From the NCBI RefSeq assembly GCF_001194135.2, contig NC_069002.1:13639580-13703579 (forward strand): DNA of 64,000 nt. The letters run 5' to 3'. The notes under the pieces were generated by a model, which worked only from the letters and a program-made list of their open reading frames with translations, had not been told where the DNA came from and did no database searches. Position numbers and translations under genes: made by a program. Numbering within the stretch: position 1 is the stretch's first letter; each line of letters begins with the position of its first letter. Shown in pieces: positions 14,401 through 26,400 of this stretch. This DNA is from Octopus bimaculoides. Its lineage: Eukaryota.

Positions 14401-17400
14401 AGAAGACACTTGTAGGCTTGGTGTAAGAGACTGGATCTGGTCAGTTTGAACATAAAACAGGTAGAATATCTGGATATGGCCAGTTTAAATGTTAAAAGGT
14501 TAAAACAAAGCAGTAAGAGTAGTTTCAGGTAGGTTGATATTAAAAAGGTTAAACTGCCACATGGTATGATTGTACTGCAAACCGGTATGAATTTGAGACA
14601 TGGACTTCTTTAATCATACAACCACGCCTGAGCCAAATTGTAAAGAAATAAACAAGTTTAAACAAAGAAGAAAAAGAAAGAAGAAAAAAAAACCAATAAA
14701 GAAAAGTGTATAAAGAAAATATCACCTGCTACAAAATTCTTTGTCATAATCAAAGAGAAATTCCCATCCATGACTGACACGAACACGAGACATTTGTTCT
14801 AAAATGTCCTTGACATCTTCAGCAGGCAACTAGAGAAATAGAAAAAGTAAAATGAGAACAATATTGCATATTCTTTTAGAAAATAATAAAGTTTTATTTT
14901 AGATTTTCTGAATAGCTTTGACTGTAAACAAGAAAATAACTGACCGAAGAGAATACTGGTGGGAATGGGATGAGGCAGAACTGCTTCAGCCTTTTAGTAA
15001 TCAAACTGGCCAAAGTATTCTAGCTGTTTATGTTCAAACTGGCCAGTTCTGGCCTCTCACACCTACCCTACAATTGTTGTTGTTGGCACTCTGTCGCTTA
15101 CGACGTTGAGGGTTCCAGTTGATTCGATCAACGGAACAGCCTGCACGTGAAATTAATGTGCAAGTGGCTGAGCACTCCACAGACATGTGTACCCTTAACG
15201 TAGTTCTCGGGGATATTCAGCACGACACAGTACGACAAGGCTGACCCTTTGAATTACAGGCACAACAGAAACAGGAAGTAAGAGTGAGAGAAAGTTGTGG
15301 TAGAAGAGTACAGTAGGGTTCGCCACCATCCCCTGCCGGAGTCTCGTGGAGCTTTAGGTGTTTTCGCTCAATAAACACTCACAACGCCCGGTCTGGGAAT
15401 CGAAACCGTGATCCTATGACTGCGAGTCCACTGCCCTAACCACTGGGCCATTGTGTCTCCACCTACCCTACAATATCATTCTAAAAATATACAATTACAT
15501 AATTTTAATCTCAGTGTTAAAAGATAATGCATGATTCATTGAATAAGTAAGTATAACATTTGACAAAATAATCTGAATGCTAAAGGGTTAACAGCTTAAA
15601 TGGATGGACAAACCTACCTTTATGACAGAAGATATTTCTTTCCTGGTTACATATCTGGTGTGAAGGAACTTCCACATCTGTAAAGGAAGAATATGTGGTT
15701 TACTTAATAGGGTTAGATAACAGCAGGGATCGGTGGGATTTCAAGGCAGAGACGGATTAGAAACAGTTACAGACCAATACAATGAGAGAGAGAAAGGCAC
15801 AATTGTAAGAGACAGTCTTGCATATACTTGAACTCAAAACATTTGAATTGTTAGATCATACTTCAACTTAATCTTTTATGCAAGAATCTTTTGATAAATT
15901 ATGTTCTACACAATGGCACAGTAAGATTTATCAGTACCTGGGGTCATACCCAAGTGTATGACTGGTACTTATCACTGTTAAAGAAATGAAAGTCAATACT
16001 GAGTTCATTCCTAGCAGGATCATTTGGAATTCTATCATTCCTACAAATGCCATCATTTCTAGATTCTGAGATTCTGATAATATTGTTTTGATAAGATGAA
16101 GGTACTGACCAGGTAGTCTCTTCCTCGACATAAATGTTCAGCAGATACACCACTGTGGGGGCTAGTTGCATCTTTAGGGTACAGGATTTCACTGAAAACA
16201 CAAAAATTAAAAACAATATTAAAACAAGAGCACTCAGAGAGCACAAGGCAACACCAACGTCCTCTCAACGATTAGCTGGAGATGATTTTTAAAATGAGAA
16301 TATCTGAAATAGACTCGGCTGCTCTCACAAACGAGAATACTAAAAACGAACCTGACCGCTCTCAAAAATTAAGTTAAAAAAAAACTCGAAAAATAATCCA
16401 AAATCCTTGTCTGGTACCTGATCGATCCCAATGGTAGACATAGAATGTGAAGGTTGCTGTAGAAAATTTAGCAACAGTAATAAATAGTTTATCCTTATCT
16501 AATACAAGCCAAAGTTAACAAATTCACCATTCACTATAGTTATAGTCTAAAGGGAGATAATTGAGAAAGACTTGAAAGTTAACGTTAGATCGTAATCATG
16601 TAAAGTAAATATAACAAAAAATAATCCAGAATCCTTGTCCGGTACCGGATCGATCCCAAAATCTAATCAGTTCATGCCAGTCACGAGGTTAAATAACCCT
16701 GAAAGTTTCATTCGAATCCATCCAGCGGTTCTTGAGTATCTTGTCCACGGTCAAACAAATAAACAATACCTCCATCTTTGCTAAGGCGGAGGTAAAAATG
16801 AAAACAACCGTACATAGTAATTGTGGTAATGGTTATAGTAGTAGTATTAATTGTAATAACTGCTGTTGTAGTAGTAGTAAAAAAAAAAATCATTTCTGAA
16901 AAGGATCATTTCAATCATACAAAATTATTGATGACGATGCAGGTGCAGCTATGCAGGGTTCAGTCCCACTGTGTGACACCTTGGGATAGTGTCTTCTACG
17001 AAAGCCTTGAGCCGACCAAAGGCTTGTGAGTGGATTTACGGAAACTGAAAGAAGCCTGTTGTGTATGTGTGTTTGTCCCCTACTACCACTTGATAACCGG
17101 TGGTGGTGTGTTTACATCCTGGTAACTTCGCAGTTTGGCAAAAGGGACTGATAGAATAAGTACTAGGCTTTGAAAAATAATAAGTCCTTGGGTCAATTTG
17201 TTTGGCTAAAACACTTCAAGGAGGTGCCCCAGCATAGCCGCAGTCAAATAACTGAAACAAGTAAAAGATACATATAGACACACACACATTCTTTTTTTTT
17301 CTTTCTTAACCCTTTCGTTACTGGTGTCTTCAATATCTAAAATACTGCCTACTTTTGACAATATTTGAATATATCAAAGAAAATTGGAGTTTCATATTTC

Positions 17401-20400
17401 ATACTAGCAGTATAACCCGGCGCTGCTCGGGATTAAGCTAGGATTATTAAATGATTAAGTCCTTTATTTCAAACCAAAATAAGTAACATCGACATCAGAT
17501 TTGAGCGAAATCCGTTGAAATTGGTTTGGCTGAAAATGGTTTGCTGGCAATTTGATTGGGAAATCCCATAAGGAATCAGTTTATTGGTTATTTTCACTTA
17601 TTGACTCTTTTTTTAAATGTTGCATTAGAGATCTGCATAGGAGAAGGTTGATCTGAAGGTTTGCATTGGGGATNNNNNNNNNNNNNNNNNNNNNNNNNNN
17701 NNNNNNNNNNNNNNNNNNNNNNNNNNNNNNNNNNNNNNNNNNNNNNNNNNNNNNNNNNNNNNNNNNNNNNNNNNNNNNNNNNNNNNNNNNNNNNNNNNNN
17801 NNNNNNNNNNNNNNNNNNNNNNNNNNNNNNNNNNNNNNNNNNNNNNNNNNNNNNNNNNNNNNNNNNNNNNNNNNNNNNNNNNNNNNNNNNNNNNNNNNNN
17901 NNNNNNNNNNNNNNNNNNNNNNNNNNNNNNNNNNNNNNNNNNNNNNNNNNNNNNNNNNNNNNNNNNNNNNNNNNNNNNNNNNNNNNNNNNNNNNNNNNNN
18001 NNNNNNNNNNNNNNNNNNNNNNNNNNNNNNNNNNNNNNNNNNNNNNNNNNNNNNNNNNNNNNNNNNNNNNNNNNNNNNNNNNNNNNNNNNNNAACATCTT
18101 ATATTTGAAACTATATCTCATGTTTAAGAAAACAAATGCATTTTACTCTGTCTTCCTTAGCTACATTTTCTTTCGTAATACGCTTTGTCTCCCTCTTCCA
18201 CTTTTTCATTTTTTTTTTTTTAGACGCTTGGCAAACACTTTTTCTCCCCTTGTCACAAACACACTATTTCTTTCTTTCTCCCTTTCTTTCTCTCTCTCTT
18301 TCACGCGCGTACGCACAGATTTGACTTCGCCATGTCAACAAACTTCAAAATTGGTAAAAGTTTATCGATTTTTACAGCTATACGCAGGTGCCTCTTTGAG
18401 AAAAAGTTGACAAAAACACAGATAGGGTCATGAACAATGTCCTCCTAAAATTGGAGCGACATGCGTGCTAATTTGTGGACGTGCATAACCCACATCACGT
18501 ACACACACACACAAACATCTTGTGTTTTATAGATATTGATGAAGCAAATAATCCTTTCTACTATTGGTACAAGGCCTGAAATTTTGTCAAGAGAGGGGCC
18601 AGTCAGTTGCATCGACTCCAGTGCTCAACTTGAACTATTTTATTGACCCTGGAAGGATGAAATGTTAAGCTGACCATTCAATGTACAGATGGATGAAATG
18701 CCACTAAGCATTTAGTCTCGCATGCTAACGATTCTGCCAGTCACTGCTGTGAAGTAAATGAAATAATTCTAATGCTTTGGATGGAATCATTTAAAGCTTT
18801 AACAGTTGTCATGGATTTTTTTCTGCTATTTAATCCTTATGACACCAACCTCCACATGAGGCCACCCCTGATTTTATGATACAAACTCCCTGTTTTAAAG
18901 TTATCTCAGTTAAAAACACTGTCAGAATTTCAAGGTGGCGAGCTGGCAGAAACGTTAGCACGCCGGGCGAAATGCTTATCAGTATTTCATCTGCCGTTGC
19001 GTTCTGAGTTCAAATTCCGCCGAGGTCGACTTTGCCTTTCATCCTTTCGGGGTCGATAAATTAAGTACCAGTTATGCACTGGGGTCGATGTAATCGACTT
19101 AATCCCTTTGTCTGTCCTTGTTTGTCCCCTCTATGTTTAGCCCCTTGTGGGCAATAAAGAAATCAGAATTTCAAGTTAATTTATGTTCCAAACATCAACT
19201 GACAAAATTATTATACTAAATACTTCATTAGATTCAAAATAAATTGAAACAGAAATATGATAATGAAAAGAAGAGACAAAAAAAAAAATCAAAAACAGTG
19301 GCAAATACCTTTTCACGACCCAACAACCTTGAACAAGTACAGCAACTTGCTGAAGGCATCGGATAACAGCAGTTGAGTCGGTTCCTTGAGGTAAAAGGGC
19401 CAGCAATTGACGGAACCTGATGACTTTTGCTGGAGGAAAGAAGGGAAAAAAAAAAAAAAAAAANNNNNNNNNNNNNNNNNNNNNNNNNNNNNNNNNNNNN
19501 NNNNNNNNNNNNNNNNNNNNNNNNNNNNNNNNNNNNNNNNNNNNNNNNNNNNNNNNNNNNNNNNNNNNNNNNNNAAAAAAAGAGAAATTAGGAAAGAAGG
19601 AAAAAAAAAAAAAAAAGAGAAATTAGGAAAGACAACAATTCTACAAATTATATGGGTGAAAGCAAAGCTGTGGGGTTCAAAATGTAGGTTTTTGTAACTA
19701 GAGATGTCTGGGTTCAATCCCATTGAGTAGTATCTTGGTACTAAAGACAATTACTTATGTCTTTAGTGGTTGACCAATGCCACTGGAAAGAAATTTAGTT
19801 GTCACAAACTGTTCAGAAGCCCAGCACATTTTCTAATTGTCTAGGTGTTGGGTTTTCTCTTGCTTTTCTGGTATCTGATGGGAAAAAGGGGCTAAAATAT
19901 ATCAACTTCAATGGATGATGTATGTTTTATGTTTTACATTTTTGCATCTTTTGTGTAGTTTACTGGAGACTAGTTTTGGAAAAGTTATCATCATCATCAT
20001 TTAATATCCATTTTCCATGTTGACATGGGTTGGACAGTTTGACAGAAGCTGAAATAGGTTTCATAGTCTGTTCTGGCTTGGTTTCTACAACTGGATGCCC
20101 TTCTTAATGCCAACCACTTTAGAGTATACTGGGTGGTTTTTATATGGCACTAGCACCAAAAGTGTTTGCTAAAAAGGTTTGCAAGCTGTTGGAGTGTTGG
20201 TATGTTACTAGAAGTTGATATTGGCATGTATTATATAGTGTAATCTTTGTTGAAGTTGATGTTGTTAATTACTTTGTAGTGTGACATGTAATGAGAACTA
20301 TACCTCATAGAGGAGAAAGAAGGAGAATATATACAAAATAATTGAAGAATAACATTGCTCATAACTCTTTTGATATCAACCTGCCCTCGGTTCTATGATA

Positions 20401-23400
20401 CAAAGTTCCTGTTTTAAGGTGATTGAAAATTATTAAAACCTTCCATGATATTTTCATGTTAATTTATGTTCCAAGCACCAACTTAAAAATGACGAAATTA
20501 TTTTAGTAAATTCCTCATTATTTTCAAAATTAATTGAAACAAATGCAGTATATTTAGAAATAATACATTTCTAAATCGCTCAGAGAGATTTATGCAGTAG
20601 TGATACGATGAAGTAGTTGTGTGCTGTCAGCTTAATCTGACAGTCCCCTGAAGGAAATAATACTACTAGGTCTAACCAACAGTAGTATTATTCCCTTCAG
20701 GGGACTGTCACATTAAGTTGACAGCATACAACTACATCAAAGGCAGTATATTTCAACAGAAATACAGTAACAAAAGGGTTAAGTTAGAGATGAGCTGCTG
20801 GTTAAAATCTTTTGGAAAATATCTTCAGATAAAATAAAGGATATCTTACCATTGATAAGAAGAGCTTTCACCTGTTCTTGGAGTGGCATTGTACGTAGCT
20901 GACTCAAAGAGAGGATATTGCTTGGAAGAGCTGGTTTTTCCCTGTTATAATACATAACAAAAAACTGTGATATACAGTGGCAACAAGAAGCACTAATTAA
21001 AGATTAATTTCATCACTAATGAGCAAATGTACAGACAACAGATTGGTAGAATAGTTAGAACATTGGTTAAGATTCTTTGCAGTACTTAGTTCCAATACTT
21101 TACATTCTGAGTTCAAATGGTACCAAGGTCAACTTTTTCTTTCATCCTTCTAGGGTTGATAAAAGAACTTAACAGCCAGCTTCATCTTTCATTCTCCTGG
21201 GATTGGTTTAAATCAATTGATATGAATGTGTTTCGTAAGCTTCTAGAAGTAAGACACTACAACTGGGGCTTAAAGGAAGAATGTTCAAAGTATTCCTGGG
21301 AGAAACAGCTGCCCCAGGTTTCTTAGGTTCGAAAGATAAGGGTGCTTAAATGTCTTACCAATTCTTATTTCTTTACTGCCCACAAGGGGCTACACACAGA
21401 GGGGACAAACAAGAACAGACAAACGGATTAAGTCGATTATATCAACCCCAGTGCGTAACTGGTACTTATTTAATCGACCCCGAAAGGATGAAAGGCAAAG
21501 TCGACCTCGGCGGAATTTGAACTCAGAACGTAAAGACAGACGAAATACCGCTAAGCATTTCGTCCGGCATGCTAACGTTTCTGCCAGCTCGCCGCCTTAA
21601 TGTCTTACCAATTCTGTGATACTCTAATGACAACCCAACAACAATGATAATGATCTCAAATTTTGGCACAAGGCCAGCAATTTTAGGGGAGGAGTTAATT
21701 GATTACATCAACCCCAGTGTTCAATTGTTAATTATTTTATCAACCCTGGAAGGGTAAAAGGTAAAGTCAACCTTGGTAGAGTTTGAGCTCAGAATGTAAA
21801 GAGCCAGAAGAAATGTTGCTGAGCATTTTGCCTGGTTTACTAACAATTTGACACCTTAATAATCATCAGTGGCACTCCGTTGGTTACGTTGGTTCCAGTT
21901 GAATGATCAACAGAACAGCCTGCTTGTGAAATTAACATGCAAGTGGCTGAGCACTTCACAGACACATGTACCCTTAACGTAGTTCTCAAGGAGATTCAGT
22001 GTGACACAGAGTGTGACAAGGCTGGCCCCTTTGAAAAATAGGTACGACTCATTTTTGCTAGTTGAGTGGACTGGAACAATGTGAAATAAAGTGTCTTGCC
22101 CAAGGACACAACGTGCCGCCTGGGACTGAACTTACAACCTTACAATCGTGAGCTGGATAATACCCTAACCACTAAGCCATGCACCTTCACAATAATAAAA
22201 AAAAAAGAGCAGGACACTTTAATAGTTTACCCTTCATTTTTCAACCATAAAATAAACACAGCACACAACACAAAAAAACAAAACATAGCTGACCTCTTCC
22301 CCACACACACAGAAGTTAATCCTACACAGAGAGACCATCACAACAGAAGAACAAGATAGGTTCACAATACTTACTCCTCCTCCTCAGTAACAGGTGGCAT
22401 TAATTTCTCCAAATACTCCCATGGTGGAATGTTAAACTCACTGATGTCATGGTTTTTCGTAGCAAACAGCATATTTCTCTCCGCTAGTGATCTATCGTCC
22501 TGTGAAAGAAAGACAAAGCTTTGTGAGTGAACTTGGTAGATGGAAACTGAAAAGGAGTTTACCACGTATGTGTGTGCGTGCGTATGTATTCTTGTCTTGA
22601 AGGTGGACGTGGTGCTTGTTTACAAGCATCACAATCATAGAAATGATGTCACTTGTCTCCAGTCTTCTGTTAAAAAAATATGTCCAGCCAAGTGGAAATA
22701 TTAGCTACAATGCGAGTGATGGTTCAGTTAGGACATCCAATTGTAGAAAATTGTGTCTTAACCCCTTTAACAATTAAACCGGCCATATCCGGCCAAAAGT
22801 ATTCTGCCTGTTTTATGTTCAAACTGGCCAGATCTGGTCTCTCACACCAACCCTACAATATCGTTTTAAAAATTAACAGCTACCTCATCAAAATCTCATA
22901 GCTACAAGATAATGCATGATTAGTTCAAAACAATGTGGATAAAAAAAGCATTAATTTTGGCAGAATAATGCAAACACTAAAGGGTTAATGAATTCCATCT
23001 GACCCATGCAAGAATGATGACAATTATAAGACTTAAAGGTGAAAAATGTTATGTAAAATGACTTACATCCATAGAATGATATCTAAGGTCTACCCACTGC
23101 TCTTCATCTCGCTTCTTCTGGTAATAATCATATGATGCCATGCGTCTGGCTTTTGCTTCGACAGTTTCATGTCGTGCAAACTTCAGCCGAACAGGTTTAG
23201 CTTCTTCTTCTTCCTCCTCTTGAGAAGATTCTGGAAAACCAAAATGAACAATAGAGGGAACATGTGGGACAAAGATATACAGACGTTGAGATTCACAGCA
23301 AGGTTGACAGAAAACTGAGAACCCTGGTGTTTGGCTGTGCTTGAGAAAACATACCAAGCTAAGTAAAAGCATGGTTGTCTTTGCATACAAGCTTGTTTCC

Positions 23401-26400
23401 TGCATCATTCTCCAGCTGAGCATTTCTAAAGTGGTTGGCATTAGGAATGGTATCCAACTGTAAAAACTATGTCAAAACAGACAATTGGCACCTGGTGCAG
23501 CTCTCTGGCTTGCTAGCTTCTGTCATCTCACTTCTGGTAATAATCATGCAGGCTCATGGGTGCTGGTGCCAGGTAAAAAACACCTGTACCAGTGCACCTG
23601 AGCCAGAGCTGCATAAAAGCACTCAGTACCCTCTGTAAAGTGGTTGGCATTAAGAAGGGTATCCTGCGGTAGAAACCATGCCAAAACAGACATGGAACCT
23701 GGACAGCTCTTCAGCTGGCTGGTTCCTGTCAAACTGTCCACCCCATGCCAGCATGGAAAACAGGCATTAAATGATGATAATGAATACAGAATAAAACAAG
23801 TTGAAAACAACAGAGACTATTTAAATCAATATTGCCTAAATTATCAATACAAGCAAAAAGAAAATGACTGACAAGTCTAGAAATATGATTGAAAAAGTTG
23901 ACAAACATTATGATTGTTTGCATGTTAATATCTTTTATCTTTTACTTGTTTCAGTCATTAGACTACAGCCATGCTTGGGGCATCGTCCTGAAGAATTTTA
24001 GTCAAATGAATCAATCCCAGTACTTACTTTTAAGCCTGGGACTCATTCTATCAGTCTCTTTTGTTGAACTACTAAATTACATCATTATTATAATCATTTA
24101 ATGTCCGTTTCCAATGCTGGCATGGGTTAGATGGTTTGACTGGAGCTAGTAAGCTGGAAAGCTGCACCAGGCTCCAGTCATCTGTTTTGGCTTGGTCTCT
24201 ATGGCTGGATGCCCTTCCTCATGCCAACCACTTTACAGAGTGTACTGGGTGTTTCTTTTATATGTCACTGGCACAGTTACTTTTTATGCTCTTTATGTTC
24301 TGAGTTCAAATCTCACCACGACCATGATTTCATTTAGCCTACAGGGACCCAAATATGACAGTAGTTGTCAAGCACTAGTGGGGAACAAACACAGACACAC
24401 ACACACACACACAGATAAATCTAGTCAATTCACATAAACAAACAGAGAAAAAAAACGAACGTGAGGACATGCACAAGAAATATATTAATTTGATGCTCGG
24501 TGAAGAGAGAGAGTTCTTAATGTTTCAAGCAGGAAAGTCCAAAGAGAAAGAAGGAAAAATGAGGANNNNNNNNNNGTCCACATGCGATTACATTATATAT
24601 GTATGTCTATATATATATATATATATATATATAGGTTCAAAAAAAGGAAAAAGACAAAATACAATAACAACAACGTGAGGACGTGATATAGATAGTGTTA
24701 CTAGACGCTCGGGAAAGGAAAGAGAGAGAGTATGACGTTTCGAGCAGAGCTCTTCGTCGGAAACAAGGAAAGTTCAAAGAAGGGAAAAACAGAGGAAGAA
24801 AAAATCACCACCGATGTCCACGAGGTTACATTGTGGACATATATATGTATGTATATGCAACAGGCTCCTTTCAGTTTCTGTCTACCAAATTCATTCATAA
24901 GGGTTTTGGTTGGCCAGAGGCTATAGTAAGAAACACTTGCCCAAGGTGTCATGCAGTGAAACTGAACTGAACCGAGAACCATTTTCACCTATAATATAAT
25001 GATTATATTAGGTGCAGGTGTCGCCTTGTGGTTAAGTTCGTTCCCCAATCACATGGCTTCAGGTTCATGTATCTTGGCCAAGTATCTTCTACTAAAGCCC
25101 TGAACGAACTAAAGCCTTGTGAATGGATTTGGGAGACAGAATTTGAAAGCCTGTCACACACACACACAGTGTTTGGTTAAACAAAATATTAAAAAAACAT
25201 GTTGAATGAATTATAGGACATATGAGGAAAATGGGTTCGTTCTGAGCATTTTGGATGGTTGCTGGGATGCACTTTTGTAGTCTAAGCAGAATCTTTGATT
25301 GTCAACCTCTGTTATCACAAATTAATTCAGGATATAAGTGTAGCATGGAACAATTGAGTGTTGTATCATTCCAGATCAGTGATAAATGAGGAAAGGTTTA
25401 TAATGTGAAGAGAGAATCCATTTATGATATACAAAAACTCCAGAAGACAAGATATAAAAACTGGAAGGTCAAAGATAGTGTTTAGTGGGTCGAATATTAA
25501 GCTTATGGTTTTATTGTTCTTAAATGCTTCACTTACCTCCTCCTTCACTCTGCTTAATATTGAGTTTTTGCTTAGCATCTGCTCTGTCCATATAAGAGAA
25601 TGATGGCCTGACTTGGGCCATAGCATACAACGGAGTCAAATGAAACTCATCTAGAAAGAAAAACAGTTTAGGATGTATAGTCTAGGATATTATCGAAGTC
25701 AACTGAAACAAGCAACAGTAATATATTTTAGCATTTTTAGATTAATTAGCAATATCTTTCTCCAATCTTTAATTATGGCCAACAAGATATCCAGTGGTAT
25801 GGAAGACCAAAATGGCTGGAGGCAACATTAGAAGATACATTTAAGGATAAATTAAATGATTGTGGTGGACAGCATATGAACAATCCAAATATAGTTAAAA
25901 CTTACTATCTTTGTAAATACCAACAGCATATCGATGGGTGGAGACTGATGACGGTCCGGAGGCAAGAATGGTTTTGTCCATGACATTACTAGAGGAAGAA
26001 ATGACAGGTTTTCAGTTGACTATATCAAAAAGGAATATACATAATAGCAGTGATTAATTACAACAGGTAATTTAATTAAGATATAGGAATCCAGGGAATC
26101 CTGTTGAAGATAAAAATAATCAAATGGCAGAAAATAAAAAAATCAAGTTTACAAGATTGATGAGAGAGAGAGAGAGGGGGAGACAGACAGACAGAGTTTG
26201 AAGGGTGTCTGCCTATTGCAGGAACCACTAATACAGAACAAATATTTACATCCATTGTGCTGTGGATGGTCCAAAGCATGCAAAAAGGTTTTGAGGTGAG
26301 TTGGAAAGTGTCAAGATATTTAGAAAACAAGCGTTTTTAATGCATCGCATTTGTGCAAAAACAATTTCAACATTTGTTGGCCACAGATGCCACTATCACT

